From the NCBI GenBank assembly GCA_043809585.1, contig JBDROZ010000099.1, forward strand, positions 1-41,182: DNA of 41,182 nt. Direction: 5' to 3'. The notes beneath the pieces were generated by a model, which worked only from the letters and a program-made list of their open reading frames with translations, was not told the DNA's origin and searched no databases. Below are positions 8,946-17,155 of this stretch, in pieces. The DNA comes from Candidatus Eiseniibacteriota bacterium (lineage in GTDB: Bacteria; Orphanbacterota; Orphanbacteria; Orphanbacterales; Orphanbacteraceae). Numbering within the stretch: position 1 is the stretch's first letter; every line of letters starts with the position of its first letter. The position numbers were made by a program, and so were the translations under genes.

Positions 8946-9209
8946 ATGGTCGATTGGCTTTTCCCCAAGACCCGATGGCTGATCCTGAGAGAGTTCTTCT
9001 CCCGTCCGGGGCGGGAGCTCCATGTCAGCGAGTTGATCCGGACGGCGGGAGGGGGTAGTGCCTCGGTGCAACGGGAGCTTCGTCATTTCGCGGAGTCGGG
9101 GCTCTTGATCCGAACGCGGGTCGGGAATCAAGTTCGATACCGGGTAAACTCGAGCCACGCCCTACTGCACGCCTGGCTTTACGAAAACCACCCGGATCTC
9201 GTCTCCTAA
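8946..9209 (+). pseudogene. Winged-HTH (ArsR-like) protein resembling the N-terminus of HTH-nucleotidyltransferase antitoxins; nucleotidyltransferase domain absent
   Basis: LFPKTRWLILREFFSRPGRELHVSELIRTAGGGSASVQRELRHFAESGLLIRTRVGNQVRYRVN, then an abrupt short tail HAWLYENHPDLVS. Confidence 0.6.
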
Positions 9210-9233
9210 CCCGAATCCACGCCACAGAGAACA

Positions 9234-9242
9234 TGGTATACT
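9234..9242 (+). promoter_or_regulatory. Extended -10 promoter element upstream of the DUF1566 gene
   Basis: TG-G-TATACT in a GC-rich context, about 50 nt before a GGAGG RBS and ATG 9294. Confidence 0.5.
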
Positions 9243-9293
9243 TATGAGGCATCACAGAATCGACGATGCGAGTCGGTAGATCCGGAGGCTCCG

Positions 9294-10418
9294 ATGCGTT
9301 TCATGCTCATCATTCCCATGCTCTTCGTCGCCTCCCCCTATTCCGGATTGTACGCCCAGTGCACGCTCCCGGCGACCGGCGCTACCCAGTGCTCGGACGA
9401 GAACGGATGGGCCCCCTGCCCGGTACTCGGCTTTCCGGGGCAGGATGCGGAGACGGCGTACAACCAGTTGTCATACACGCTCGTCTCGGCCGTCCCCGGT
9501 CAAGAGACGGTGATCGACAACAACACGGGATTGGAATGGACTCAAATCTCGTTCCCGGACATGAGCTGGCAGGAAGCCCTCCAGTTCTGTGATACCTTGA
9601 ACTGGGGAGGAAAAGACGATTGGCGACTCCCCAACGTCAAAGAGCTTCAGTCGATTGTTGACTATGGGCGTTTCAACCCCCCAATAGACCCAATATTCAT
9701 TTGTCCTGCGGATCTGTTTTGGACGAGCACAACCGCGTCGTTGTGGGTACTCGACGGGCGAACGGCGTACGCGGCAGATGCTGTCGGGTTTGGGGCCGGA
9801 CACCTCGGCCAGCGGAGCAAGTGGGAGGAGAATTGCGTCCGGCCCGTTCGCGGCTGTCCCGGAGGGTTTGGTTGTTCGCTGCCTGCCACGGGCCAGCACG
9901 ACTGTTTCGATAACGATTCGTCCGAACCATGCCCGGTAGAGGGCTTCCCGAATCAGGACGCAGAGAACATCTACAACGACATGACGTACTCGCTCGACTC
10001 CTCCGTCCCCGGCGAGGAGACGATCCTCGATGGAATCACAGGTCTCGAGTGGTCGCAGCACGTCTGGGAGGAGGTCACCTGGCAGGAGGCCCTCCGGCTC
10101 TGCGACACTCTGCACTGGGGCGGGCATGACGACTGGCGGATGCCGAACCTGAAAGAACTGCAGAGCATCGCGCTCTATCAGGGTTGGGAGATCCCCGACA
10201 TCTTCGGCGATGCTTGGTGGTGGGAGTTCTGGTCGAGCACCACTTATGCCCCCGTTCCGGACTATGCTTGGGTACATGGCTACACGGAGTGGGGTCAATA
10301 CGAAGGCGGGAGCAAGACCAATGGAAACCACGACGTCCGCCCCGTCCGCTGGTGTGGCGAATCCCCGACGTCAACAGAGCGTTCAAGCTGGGGGTCGCTG
10401 AAGAAGATGTTCCGGTGA
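9294..10418 (+). CDS. Secreted tandem DUF1566 (Lcl C-terminal-like) protein with C-terminal SWGSLKKMFR tag
   Basis: Signal peptide; two repeats of LPATG...C...QDAE...TxxDxxTGLEW...WQEALxxCDTLxWGGxDDWRxPNxKELQSI...FWxSTT...VRPVR. Confidence 0.9.
   Translation: MRFMLIIPMLFVASPYSGLYAQCTLPATGATQCSDENGWAPCPVLGFPGQDAETAYNQLSYTLVSAVPGQETVIDNNTGLEWTQISFPDMSWQEALQFCDTLNWGGKDDWRLPNVKELQSIVDYGRFNPPIDPIFICPADLFWTSTTASLWVLDGRTAYAADAVGFGAGHLGQRSKWEENCVRPVRGCPGGFGCSLPATGQHDCFDNDSSEPCPVEGFPNQDAENIYNDMTYSLDSSVPGEETILDGITGLEWSQHVWEEVTWQEALRLCDTLHWGGHDDWRMPNLKELQSIALYQGWEIPDIFGDAWWWEFWSSTTYAPVPDYAWVHGYTEWGQYEGGSKTNGNHDVRPVRWCGESPTSTERSSWGSLKKMFR
9366..10350 (+). repeat. Intragenic tandem duplication (two DUF1566 modules, starts 513 nt apart)
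   Basis: Module 1 starts CTC CCG GCG ACC GGC (9366), module 2 starts CTG CCT GCC ACG GGC (9879); protein similarity is high with many synonymous changes. Confidence 0.85.
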
Positions 10419-10442
10419 GTGCCTCCCTGAACTCCCACAGGA

Positions 10443-10592
10443 GAGCCGTGTGAGGGAAAACCTCACGCACGGTTCGATGAGGGGACGCTGGAAACGGGAT
10501 CACGGACCTCCCTACACGGGCACGAAGGGGGAAACCCCGGATACGGACAAGGGAGGCGCCTGACGGATCACCGCGCCTGTATCCTACTCTAC
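10443..10592 (+). ncRNA. Group II intron 3' fragment (domains V and VI only)
   Basis: DV 10443-10475: GAGCCGUG-UGAGG-GAAAA-CCUCA-CG-CACGGUUC with AGC triad and 2-nt bulge. DVI has stems CCUCCCU/AGGGAGG and GGGG-GAAA-CCCC, a bulged A at 10586 (position -7) and the 3' end CCUACUCUAC. Confidence 0.88.
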
Positions 10593-10693
10593 AGCATTCC
10601 TCCTCTCCCCCCCGGTCGAAAGGCGTTCTTCCCCCTTTCATCCTCCCTGTGTGATCATGGTCCCGAAATCCGCACCCGGAAGGAGGATGACCC

Positions 10694-11197
10694 GTGTTCC
10701 GGAGAATGGATGATTTTCTGAACGCCTACGATTCCCTCCGCGAGGGGACGGGCAAGATGATGGACATCATGACCGACGAGATGCTCGTCCGGCGGGTCGC
10801 CGAAGGGCACCGGACCTTGGGCGGCATGGCGTGGCACATCACGACCACGATCCCCGAGATGATGAAGCAGGTCGGGCTCGGCCTCTCGTCGGTGGATGCC
10901 GAGGCGCCGCCGCCGGGATCGGCGAAGGAGATCGCGGACGCCTACCGGAAGGTGTCGGCCGAACTCGCCGCGGCCCTCCGGGAGAAATGGTCGGACGACA
11001 CCCTCGAGATCGAGGACGACCTGTACGGCCAGAAGTTCGCCCGGGGGAAGACCCTCGCCGCCGTTCTCAGCCACGAAACCCACCACCGGGGCCAGATGAC
11101 CGTGCTCCTCCGCCAGGCGGGGGCCGTCGTGCCCGGCCTCTTCGGACCGGCGAAGGAGGAGTGGGAAGGGTACGGCAAGGAGCCGCCCCCTTATTGA
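10694..11197 (+). CDS. DinB family protein
   Basis: RTLGGMAWHI and HETHHRGQMTVLLRQAG..VPG His motif; AGGAGG RBS. Confidence 0.88.
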   Translation: MFRRMDDFLNAYDSLREGTGKMMDIMTDEMLVRRVAEGHRTLGGMAWHITTTIPEMMKQVGLGLSSVDAEAPPPGSAKEIADAYRKVSAELAAALREKWSDDTLEIEDDLYGQKFARGKTLAAVLSHETHHRGQMTVLLRQAGAVVPGLFGPAKEEWEGYGKEPPPY

Positions 11198-11296
11198 GAC
11201 GACGGGGGACGATTTCTCTTCTTCTTCCCTCTTCCTCCTCTTCCGTGCCATCATGGGCGGCGTGTTTGAATCGCGATTCCACTCGGGGGAGCGGAG

Positions 11297-12097
11297 ATGA
11301 ACCGATGGAAACGGGCGCCGTTCGCCCCATGGATCCCCCTTCTGCTTCTCGCCGGCTGCGGGGGCGGGGGGAAGTCCGATGCCCCTCCCGCCGTGACATG
11401 GGAGATGGTGTCGAACTCGTGGGAAGACGAAACGTGTGCCGAGGGAGGGCCGTGCACCCGGGTTTCCCTCTCCTATCCGGTCTTCGCGCCGGGCGACGTA
11501 GGGGTCGCCGAGGAGATCAACGGCTATGTCCGGGGGGAGCTGCTTCGCTCGGTTTCTCGGCACGGCAGCGCACCGAGCCCCGCCGACCTCGCCGCCGCGT
11601 TCATCGCGGACTACAGGGAGTTCAAAGCCCGGTTTCCGGAGTCGGCCCAGGTGTGGACCATGAGCCGCTCCGTCGAACTTCTCCCCGCGCCGGAAGGGGT
11701 GATCAGCCTACGGTCGGTGACGGAGGTGTACAGCGGAGGGGCTCACGGAAACGAGACGGCGAACCTCGCCTCCTTCGACGGGAAGGAGGGCCGGCGTCTC
11801 TCGCTCGCCGACCTCTTGGAACAGGGAAAGTCCGAAGAACTCGACGCTCTCGCGGAAAGGCGTTTCCGCGAAGCCCGCGGCATCGGGCGGGGGGAAGATC
11901 TCTCCGCCGCCGGGTTCGCGTTCGAGGGGGGAAGGTTCCGGCCGGGAACGAACTTCGCCGCCGTAGAAGAGGGGCTCCTCTTCCATTTCGATCCGTACGA
12001 GGTGGGTTCCTACGCCGCCGGGCCGACCGATTTTCTCCTCTCCTGGGACGATCTCGGGAAGATCTTGAAGAGGGAGTGGGCCCCGCGGGTTCGGTGA
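11297..12097 (+). CDS. DUF4163/DUF3298 (RsiV/PdaC-like) lipoprotein
   Basis: Lipobox LAGC; YSGGAHG; NF...GLLFHFDPYEVGSYAAG. Confidence 0.85.
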   Translation: MNRWKRAPFAPWIPLLLLAGCGGGGKSDAPPAVTWEMVSNSWEDETCAEGGPCTRVSLSYPVFAPGDVGVAEEINGYVRGELLRSVSRHGSAPSPADLAAAFIADYREFKARFPESAQVWTMSRSVELLPAPEGVISLRSVTEVYSGGAHGNETANLASFDGKEGRRLSLADLLEQGKSEELDALAERRFREARGIGRGEDLSAAGFAFEGGRFRPGTNFAAVEEGLLFHFDPYEVGSYAAGPTDFLLSWDDLGKILKREWAPRVR

Positions 12098-12206
12098 CTC
12101 GCGGGCGCAAAGGCCCCGCGCCCTCTTGCGGCGGGCCCCGGGGAAAGGCTAAGGTGCCTCCTCACGAGTGATCTTCGAAACCCGCGGCGATGCCGAAGGT
12201 GAATTC

Positions 12207-12857
12207 ATGGAAGAAACGCTAAGCGAACAGGAAATCCGGGTGCTCGGCTCCCTGATCGAGAAGGAAAGGACCACGCCCGAGTACTACCCGCTCACGTTGA
12301 ACGCCCTCGTGAACGCCTGCAACCAGAAGTCGAACCGGAGCCCGGTAGTGCTCTACGACCACGCCGCGGTCGCCAAGACCGTGGACGGACTCCGCTGGAA
12401 GGGGTGGGTCGTCGTCGTGGACGAGGCGGGAAGCAGGACGGAGAAGTACCGTCACGCCTTTCTCGAGAAGTCGGGCCTCGCCGAGGGGGAGATGGCGGTG
12501 CTCGCGGAGTTGATGCTCCGGGGGCCCCAGACGGCGGGCGAAGTCCGGGGGCGGGCGAACCGCATGCACCGGATCGAGAGTCTCGACGAGGCGGCGGGTA
12601 TTCTCCGGTCTTTGGCCGAACGGAACCCGGCGTGGTCGGTCCGCTTTCCCCGCCGGCCGGGGCGGAAGGAGCACCGCTACGCCCACCTCCTCGGGGGGCC
12701 GGTGGAGATGAAAGAGGAAGTGCCCGTCCGGGCCCGTTCCTCGGCCCCCCCCGCGGCGGACCGGGTAGGGGAACTGGAAGAGGCGCTGACCGCCCTCCGG
12801 GAGAGGGTCGAGGATCTGGAGAGAAAGCTCGGCGAGTTCCGGGCCCAGTTCGAATGA
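12207..12857 (+). CDS. YceH/DUF480 (UPF0502) family protein
   Basis: EIRVLGSLIEKERTTPEYYPLTLNALVNACNQKSNRSPV; LMLRGPQTAGE; C-terminal coiled coil. Confidence 0.92.
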   Translation: MEETLSEQEIRVLGSLIEKERTTPEYYPLTLNALVNACNQKSNRSPVVLYDHAAVAKTVDGLRWKGWVVVVDEAGSRTEKYRHAFLEKSGLAEGEMAVLAELMLRGPQTAGEVRGRANRMHRIESLDEAAGILRSLAERNPAWSVRFPRRPGRKEHRYAHLLGGPVEMKEEVPVRARSSAPPAADRVGELEEALTALRERVEDLERKLGEFRAQFE

Positions 12858-12894
12858 GCGGTCCCCGAGCGGGGGAACGGGAAAGGAGCCGATC

Positions 12895-13605
12895 ATGAAC
12901 CGCCGACTCTTCACGGGAATCGTCGCCGCCCTCTTCCTTGTCGCCGGGTGCACGGGGAGCGATCTCAACATCGGCGACATGCTCGGGGGATCGGGGGGAC
13001 CGCTGGACGAGCCGACCGTCGCCGCCGGACTCAAGGAAGCCCTTCGGGTCGGCACGGAGAGGACCGTCTCCTCCACGTCCGTGGTCGACGGATACCTCGG
13101 GAATGCGCTGATCCGGATCGCCCTGCCCGAGCAGTTCGAGACGGCGGCCGGGGCGCTCCGCACCATCGGCCTCGGGGGAAAGGTGGACGAACTGGAGATC
13201 GCCATGAACCGGGCCGCCGAGAAGGCGGCGGGGGAGGCGAAGGGGGTCTTCTGGGACGCCATCGTCCAGATGACCCTGACCGACGCCTTCGGCATCTTGA
13301 ACGGCGGGGATGCGGCGGCAACCGAGTACTTCCGGGGGCGCACATCGGAAGAGCTCCGCGCCCGTTTCCGACCGATCGTCGAAACCAAGATGAACGAGGT
13401 CGGTCTCTACCGCGCCTACGAGAGCGCCCTTTCCGCCTACACGGCCATCCCCTTCACGTCGAAGCCGGAAGTCGACCTCGAGGAGCACGTGACGAACAAG
13501 GCCCTGGACGGTCTCTTTCACGTCTTGGCCGACGAAGAGAAGCGGATCCGGCAGGACCCGGCGGCCCGCACCACCGACCTCCTCCGGAAGGTCTTCGGAA
13601 AATGA
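12895..13605 (+). CDS. DUF4197 domain lipoprotein
   Basis: Lipobox VAGC; AGLKEAL, MNRAAEKA, DAAATEYF, ALDGLF...EEKRIRQDPAARTTDLLRKVFG. Confidence 0.92.
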   Translation: MNRRLFTGIVAALFLVAGCTGSDLNIGDMLGGSGGPLDEPTVAAGLKEALRVGTERTVSSTSVVDGYLGNALIRIALPEQFETAAGALRTIGLGGKVDELEIAMNRAAEKAAGEAKGVFWDAIVQMTLTDAFGILNGGDAAATEYFRGRTSEELRARFRPIVETKMNEVGLYRAYESALSAYTAIPFTSKPEVDLEEHVTNKALDGLFHVLADEEKRIRQDPAARTTDLLRKVFGK

Positions 13606-13649
13606 ACCCGGCCGTCCGCGGGAACCGGCGCGTCCCATGGCGGGCCCTG

Positions 13650-13658
13650 TGATATAAT
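13650..13658 (+). promoter_or_regulatory. Extended -10 promoter element
   Basis: TG-A-TATAAT upstream of the 13722 gene. Confidence 0.55.
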
Positions 13659-13721
13659 GAAAGCCGTAACACCATCTCCTCCCCCGGGCCGCACACCAGT
13701 CTTCCGCGAGGAGCCGGCATC

Positions 13722-15485
13722 ATGGGCCACGGCCAAAGTCACGGCCTGTTTCCGCACGTTCTTTCGCTGTTGGTCGCGGCGGCTTTTCTCCCTTCGTCCG
13801 CGCCGGCCCTCCTTTCGATCGGGGACACGCTCACGGTCATCCAGCGACCTCTCCTGAATATCCCCGCGATCATGACGCCGGGGGACACGCTTCCCATTTC
13901 GTGCGAGGCCGATCCGGGCACGACCGGTTGGGCCGCCGAGCTGGTCTACGGATCCCTCACCGTCCCCCTGGCGGTGGTCTCTTCGAGCTACGACGCCTCG
14001 ACGCTCTGGTGGACGGTGAAAGCCGTGGTCCCGCCGGTCGATCTCTACGAGCTGTACGACCTCCGGGTGACCGCGGCGGTGGGGATCGACGACGTCTCGT
14101 GGAACGCGGTGAACGTGATCCCGGCGTTCGAGGACGACTGGTACTTCATTCACCTGACCGACACCCACATGCCGACCCACCTCTATTACTACGAGAACGG
14201 AGCGGAGACGGACACGTCGGAGCTTGTCGACTTCCGGGAGGTCATGAATGACGCGGCGATCATCCATCCCGAGTTCGTGCTGATCACGGGTGATTTCATC
14301 AACGAGGGCGAACTCGAGGAGTACCTCTCGAAGCGCTACTACACGCGGACCCAGAAGGCCCTCGCCGAGTCGGAGGTGCCTACCTACCTGACCTCGGGGA
14401 ACCACGATCTCGGAGGTTGGGACGAGACGCCCCCGCCGGACGGGACGGCCCGCCGCGACTGGTGGCGGTTCTTCGGCTGGAAGCGGCTCGACAGCCCGCC
14501 CGCCGGGGCGCCCTGGTACACTCAGAACTACAGCTTCGATTACGGCCCGGTGCACTTCGTCGGGCTCGAGGCGTACATCAACTACGACGACTGGCGCCCG
14601 GGCATCTACGGCGCCGACAGTTTCACGCCGGGCCAGATGCAGTGGCTCGCGGACGACCTCGCCGCCGCGCCGGGAGGCTCCGCGAAGGTCCTCTTCTACC
14701 ACCGGGATTTCTCGGGCCAGATCGACTTGAACTCCCTCGGCGCCATCCTCGCCCTCTCGGGGCACACGCACAGTGACAACGGGAGCGTCGGCGGAAGCGG
14801 GCCGTGGGATCTCACGACGGACAATGTCTGCGACGGCGCCCGGTCGTACCGCCTGATCCGCGTGTCGGGCGGAGCGATCCAGCCCACGGCGACGATGAGC
14901 GCGGGGGGGAGCGGTCAGAATCTCCGGGTCGCCTACAGCCCGTCCAACGACGGCACCGCGGAGAGCGTGACCGCGCTGATCACGAACAATCAAAGCCAGC
15001 GATTCCAAAACGGACGGATCCGCTTTTTCATGCCCGCCGGCGCGGCTTCCTATGATGTGACCGGGGGGACCCTCGCCCAGGTGGACGATTCGGAGGGGAT
15101 CGCCGTCTGTTACGTGGATGTCGACATCGACCCGTCGTCGAGCCAATCGGTCACGGTGACGGCGGACATGACGTCCGCGAACGTCGCGTCCGGGGCGCCC
15201 GTGGCCGGAAAGATCGCGCTCTCGGCGGCCCGTCCCAACCCGTTCAATCCTTCCACGATCCTCGGCTTCGAGCTCGCCGAGATGTCGGACGTTCGTCTCT
15301 CGGTCTACGACGTGAGGGGGCGGGAGATCGCCCTTCTCGCCGCGGGAATATTCGAGGCGGGCGGACACTCCGCGCGGTGGGGCGGGACGGACGCCTCCGG
15401 CGATTCGATGCCGTCCGGCGTCTACTTCGTGCGGCTCCGCGCGGGCGGCGAGTCGCTCGCGCGAAAGGTGCTGCTCGCGCGTTGA
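13722..15485 (+). CDS. Secreted metallophosphoesterase with C-terminal FlgD-Ig/T9SS type A-like sorting domain
   Basis: DTH, TGDFIN, GNHD, GHTH motifs; C-terminal PNPFNPST...VYDVRGR...SGVYFVRL...KVLLAR. Confidence 0.85.
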   Translation: MGHGQSHGLFPHVLSLLVAAAFLPSSAPALLSIGDTLTVIQRPLLNIPAIMTPGDTLPISCEADPGTTGWAAELVYGSLTVPLAVVSSSYDASTLWWTVKAVVPPVDLYELYDLRVTAAVGIDDVSWNAVNVIPAFEDDWYFIHLTDTHMPTHLYYYENGAETDTSELVDFREVMNDAAIIHPEFVLITGDFINEGELEEYLSKRYYTRTQKALAESEVPTYLTSGNHDLGGWDETPPPDGTARRDWWRFFGWKRLDSPPAGAPWYTQNYSFDYGPVHFVGLEAYINYDDWRPGIYGADSFTPGQMQWLADDLAAAPGGSAKVLFYHRDFSGQIDLNSLGAILALSGHTHSDNGSVGGSGPWDLTTDNVCDGARSYRLIRVSGGAIQPTATMSAGGSGQNLRVAYSPSNDGTAESVTALITNNQSQRFQNGRIRFFMPAGAASYDVTGGTLAQVDDSEGIAVCYVDVDIDPSSSQSVTVTADMTSANVASGAPVAGKIALSAARPNPFNPSTILGFELAEMSDVRLSVYDVRGREIALLAAGIFEAGGHSARWGGTDASGDSMPSGVYFVRLRAGGESLARKVLLAR

Positions 15486-15490
15486 TCTTC

Positions 15491-15520
15491 TTGTTTTACC
15501 CCACATATGTGTAGTATGAT
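15491..15520 (+). promoter_or_regulatory. Promoter with palindromic operator upstream of the nuclease pair
   Basis: TTGTTT (15491-15496), 18 nt, TATGAT (15515-15520); perfect palindrome CACATATGTG (15502-15511) in the spacer. Confidence 0.5.
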
Positions 15521-15544
15521 TGTCGCCCCGAGAGGAGCGATCGA

Positions 15545-17155
15545 TTGTCGACGGATCTGAGACATCTGCGGGTCCTGCTCATCGACTGCCAGACCACCGG
15601 GTCGAATCCGGATCGCCATCATCTGCTCGAGGTGGGGTGGAGGATGTACCGGGCCGTCGAGGAGCCGCCCGCGCCGGCGGAAGTGGAATCCTGTCTCGTC
15701 CGGCTCCCGGAGGGGGAGGAGATCCCCCGGGCGATCGTCCGGCTCACGGGGATTCGGGGGGACGAAATGGCGGGGGCTATGCCCCGACGGGAGCTCGCGG
15801 CGCGCATTAGCTCTTCGGCGGAGTGGGAGGGCGGGACGGGGGAAGCGCTCGGGACGGCGATACCCGCCGTCGCCCACTACGCGCGGTTCGAGCAGGTCTT
15901 TCTCGCTCCCCTCTGGGGAGAGCGCCCCCCCCACCCCTTCTACTGCACCCACGAAATCGCGCGGCGTCTCTTCCCGGATCTCCCCCGCCGGGGCCTTCGG
16001 GCGCTGGCCGGCTTCTTCGGCGATCCCCTTCCGGAGATGAAGCGGTCCGCCGTTCATGTCGCCGCCACCGCCCGGGTGTGGAGCGGACTGGTCGAGCGGC
16101 TGCGGACGGAGGCCGGGGTACGGACCGCCGGCGACCTCGACGATTTCCTCCGCTCCCGGCCGCTCCCCCGGGGGGATCGGTTTGCCTATCCCCTCGATCG
16201 GGCGAAGCGGCTCGCCCTTCCCGATCTTCCCGGTGTCTACCGGTTTCTCGGCGGAAACGGCGGAGTGCTCTACGTGGGGAAGGCGGCGTCGCTGAAGTCG
16301 CGGGTGAACAGCTACTATCGGAAACGGCGCGCCGGAGAGCGTCATCTCGAGATGGTCACCCAGGCACGGGACGTGGAAGTCACCGTTACCGCTTCCCCCC
16401 TCGAGGCCGCCCTCCTCGAAGCGGAGGAGATCGGGCGGCGCCGCCCTCCCTACAACCGGGCCATGAAGAACGAGGGCGTGGAGGTCTGGTTCTTCTCGGG
16501 CCCCCTCGATTCGGCGCGGCCCGGCCCGGACCCCGGACACGCGACCGGTCCTTTTCCGGATAGGGCGACCCCTCTGGCCTGCGGAACCCTTCGCCGTCTC
16601 TTGAGTGAGAAGCCGCTGATCCGGGACGAGGCGGCCGCGGCGGCGGATCTCGGCATTCGTGCGATTCGGATCGCGCCGGGCGCGATCCGGACGGGGCTCC
16701 GGCTCTTCGGAGAGGAGACTCTCACCGGTCCCTCGCCTGGGACACTCCTCGCGGCGGGGACGAAGCTCTGGCGGGAGAAGATGGGGGAGACAGTCGAGGA
16801 GGAGCCCGGCCGTGAGGAGGAGGAGCGGTCTCGAATCCTGGAAGGGGAAGACGTGGCGGCCCTTCTCGGTGGTCTCGTCGTCCGGACCGCCCACCTCGTC
16901 CGGCGGGCCCGGTGGTTCGCCCTCCTCGGGGGAGCGGTGGTTCGTTGGGAGCCGGACCTGCCCGGCCCGGCGGAGCGTCGGGAGCTCGCACTCTCCCCCG
17001 ACCCCGTCTCGAACCGGGGTGCCTACGACCGGCTTCGGGTCCTGACCACCGAGATCCGCCGCCTCGTCGGGAAGAACCGGCCCGTGGAAGTCACTCTCTC
17101 CTCGGGCGTCCGGCTCGGTCCCGAGCGGCTTCGCCGGCTTCTCCGGATGGTCTGA
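15545..17155 (+). CDS. DEDD/DnaQ-like domain (degenerate) fused to UvrC-like GIY-YIG nuclease
   Basis: LLIDCQTTG, LTGI, HYARFE, CTHEIARRLFPDLP; then LPDLPGVYRF...VLYVGKAASLKSRVNSYY...AALLEAEEI...PPYN. Confidence 0.82.
   Translation: MSTDLRHLRVLLIDCQTTGSNPDRHHLLEVGWRMYRAVEEPPAPAEVESCLVRLPEGEEIPRAIVRLTGIRGDEMAGAMPRRELAARISSSAEWEGGTGEALGTAIPAVAHYARFEQVFLAPLWGERPPHPFYCTHEIARRLFPDLPRRGLRALAGFFGDPLPEMKRSAVHVAATARVWSGLVERLRTEAGVRTAGDLDDFLRSRPLPRGDRFAYPLDRAKRLALPDLPGVYRFLGGNGGVLYVGKAASLKSRVNSYYRKRRAGERHLEMVTQARDVEVTVTASPLEAALLEAEEIGRRRPPYNRAMKNEGVEVWFFSGPLDSARPGPDPGHATGPFPDRATPLACGTLRRLLSEKPLIRDEAAAAADLGIRAIRIAPGAIRTGLRLFGEETLTGPSPGTLLAAGTKLWREKMGETVEEEPGREEEERSRILEGEDVAALLGGLVVRTAHLVRRARWFALLGGAVVRWEPDLPGPAERRELALSPDPVSNRGAYDRLRVLTTEIRRLVGKNRPVEVTLSSGVRLGPERLRRLLRMV

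Noticed and set aside
8826-10592. Intact group II intron with DUF1566 as its domain IV ORF
   Set aside because: No room or recognisable sequence for D1-D3 or a 5' splice site; upstream DNA is an HTH gene and promoter elements.
9294-10600. Complete diversity-generating retroelement around the DUF1566 gene
   Set aside because: No reverse transcriptase, accessory gene or template repeat seen; differences between the two modules are ordinary synonymous and indel divergence, not adenine-specific.
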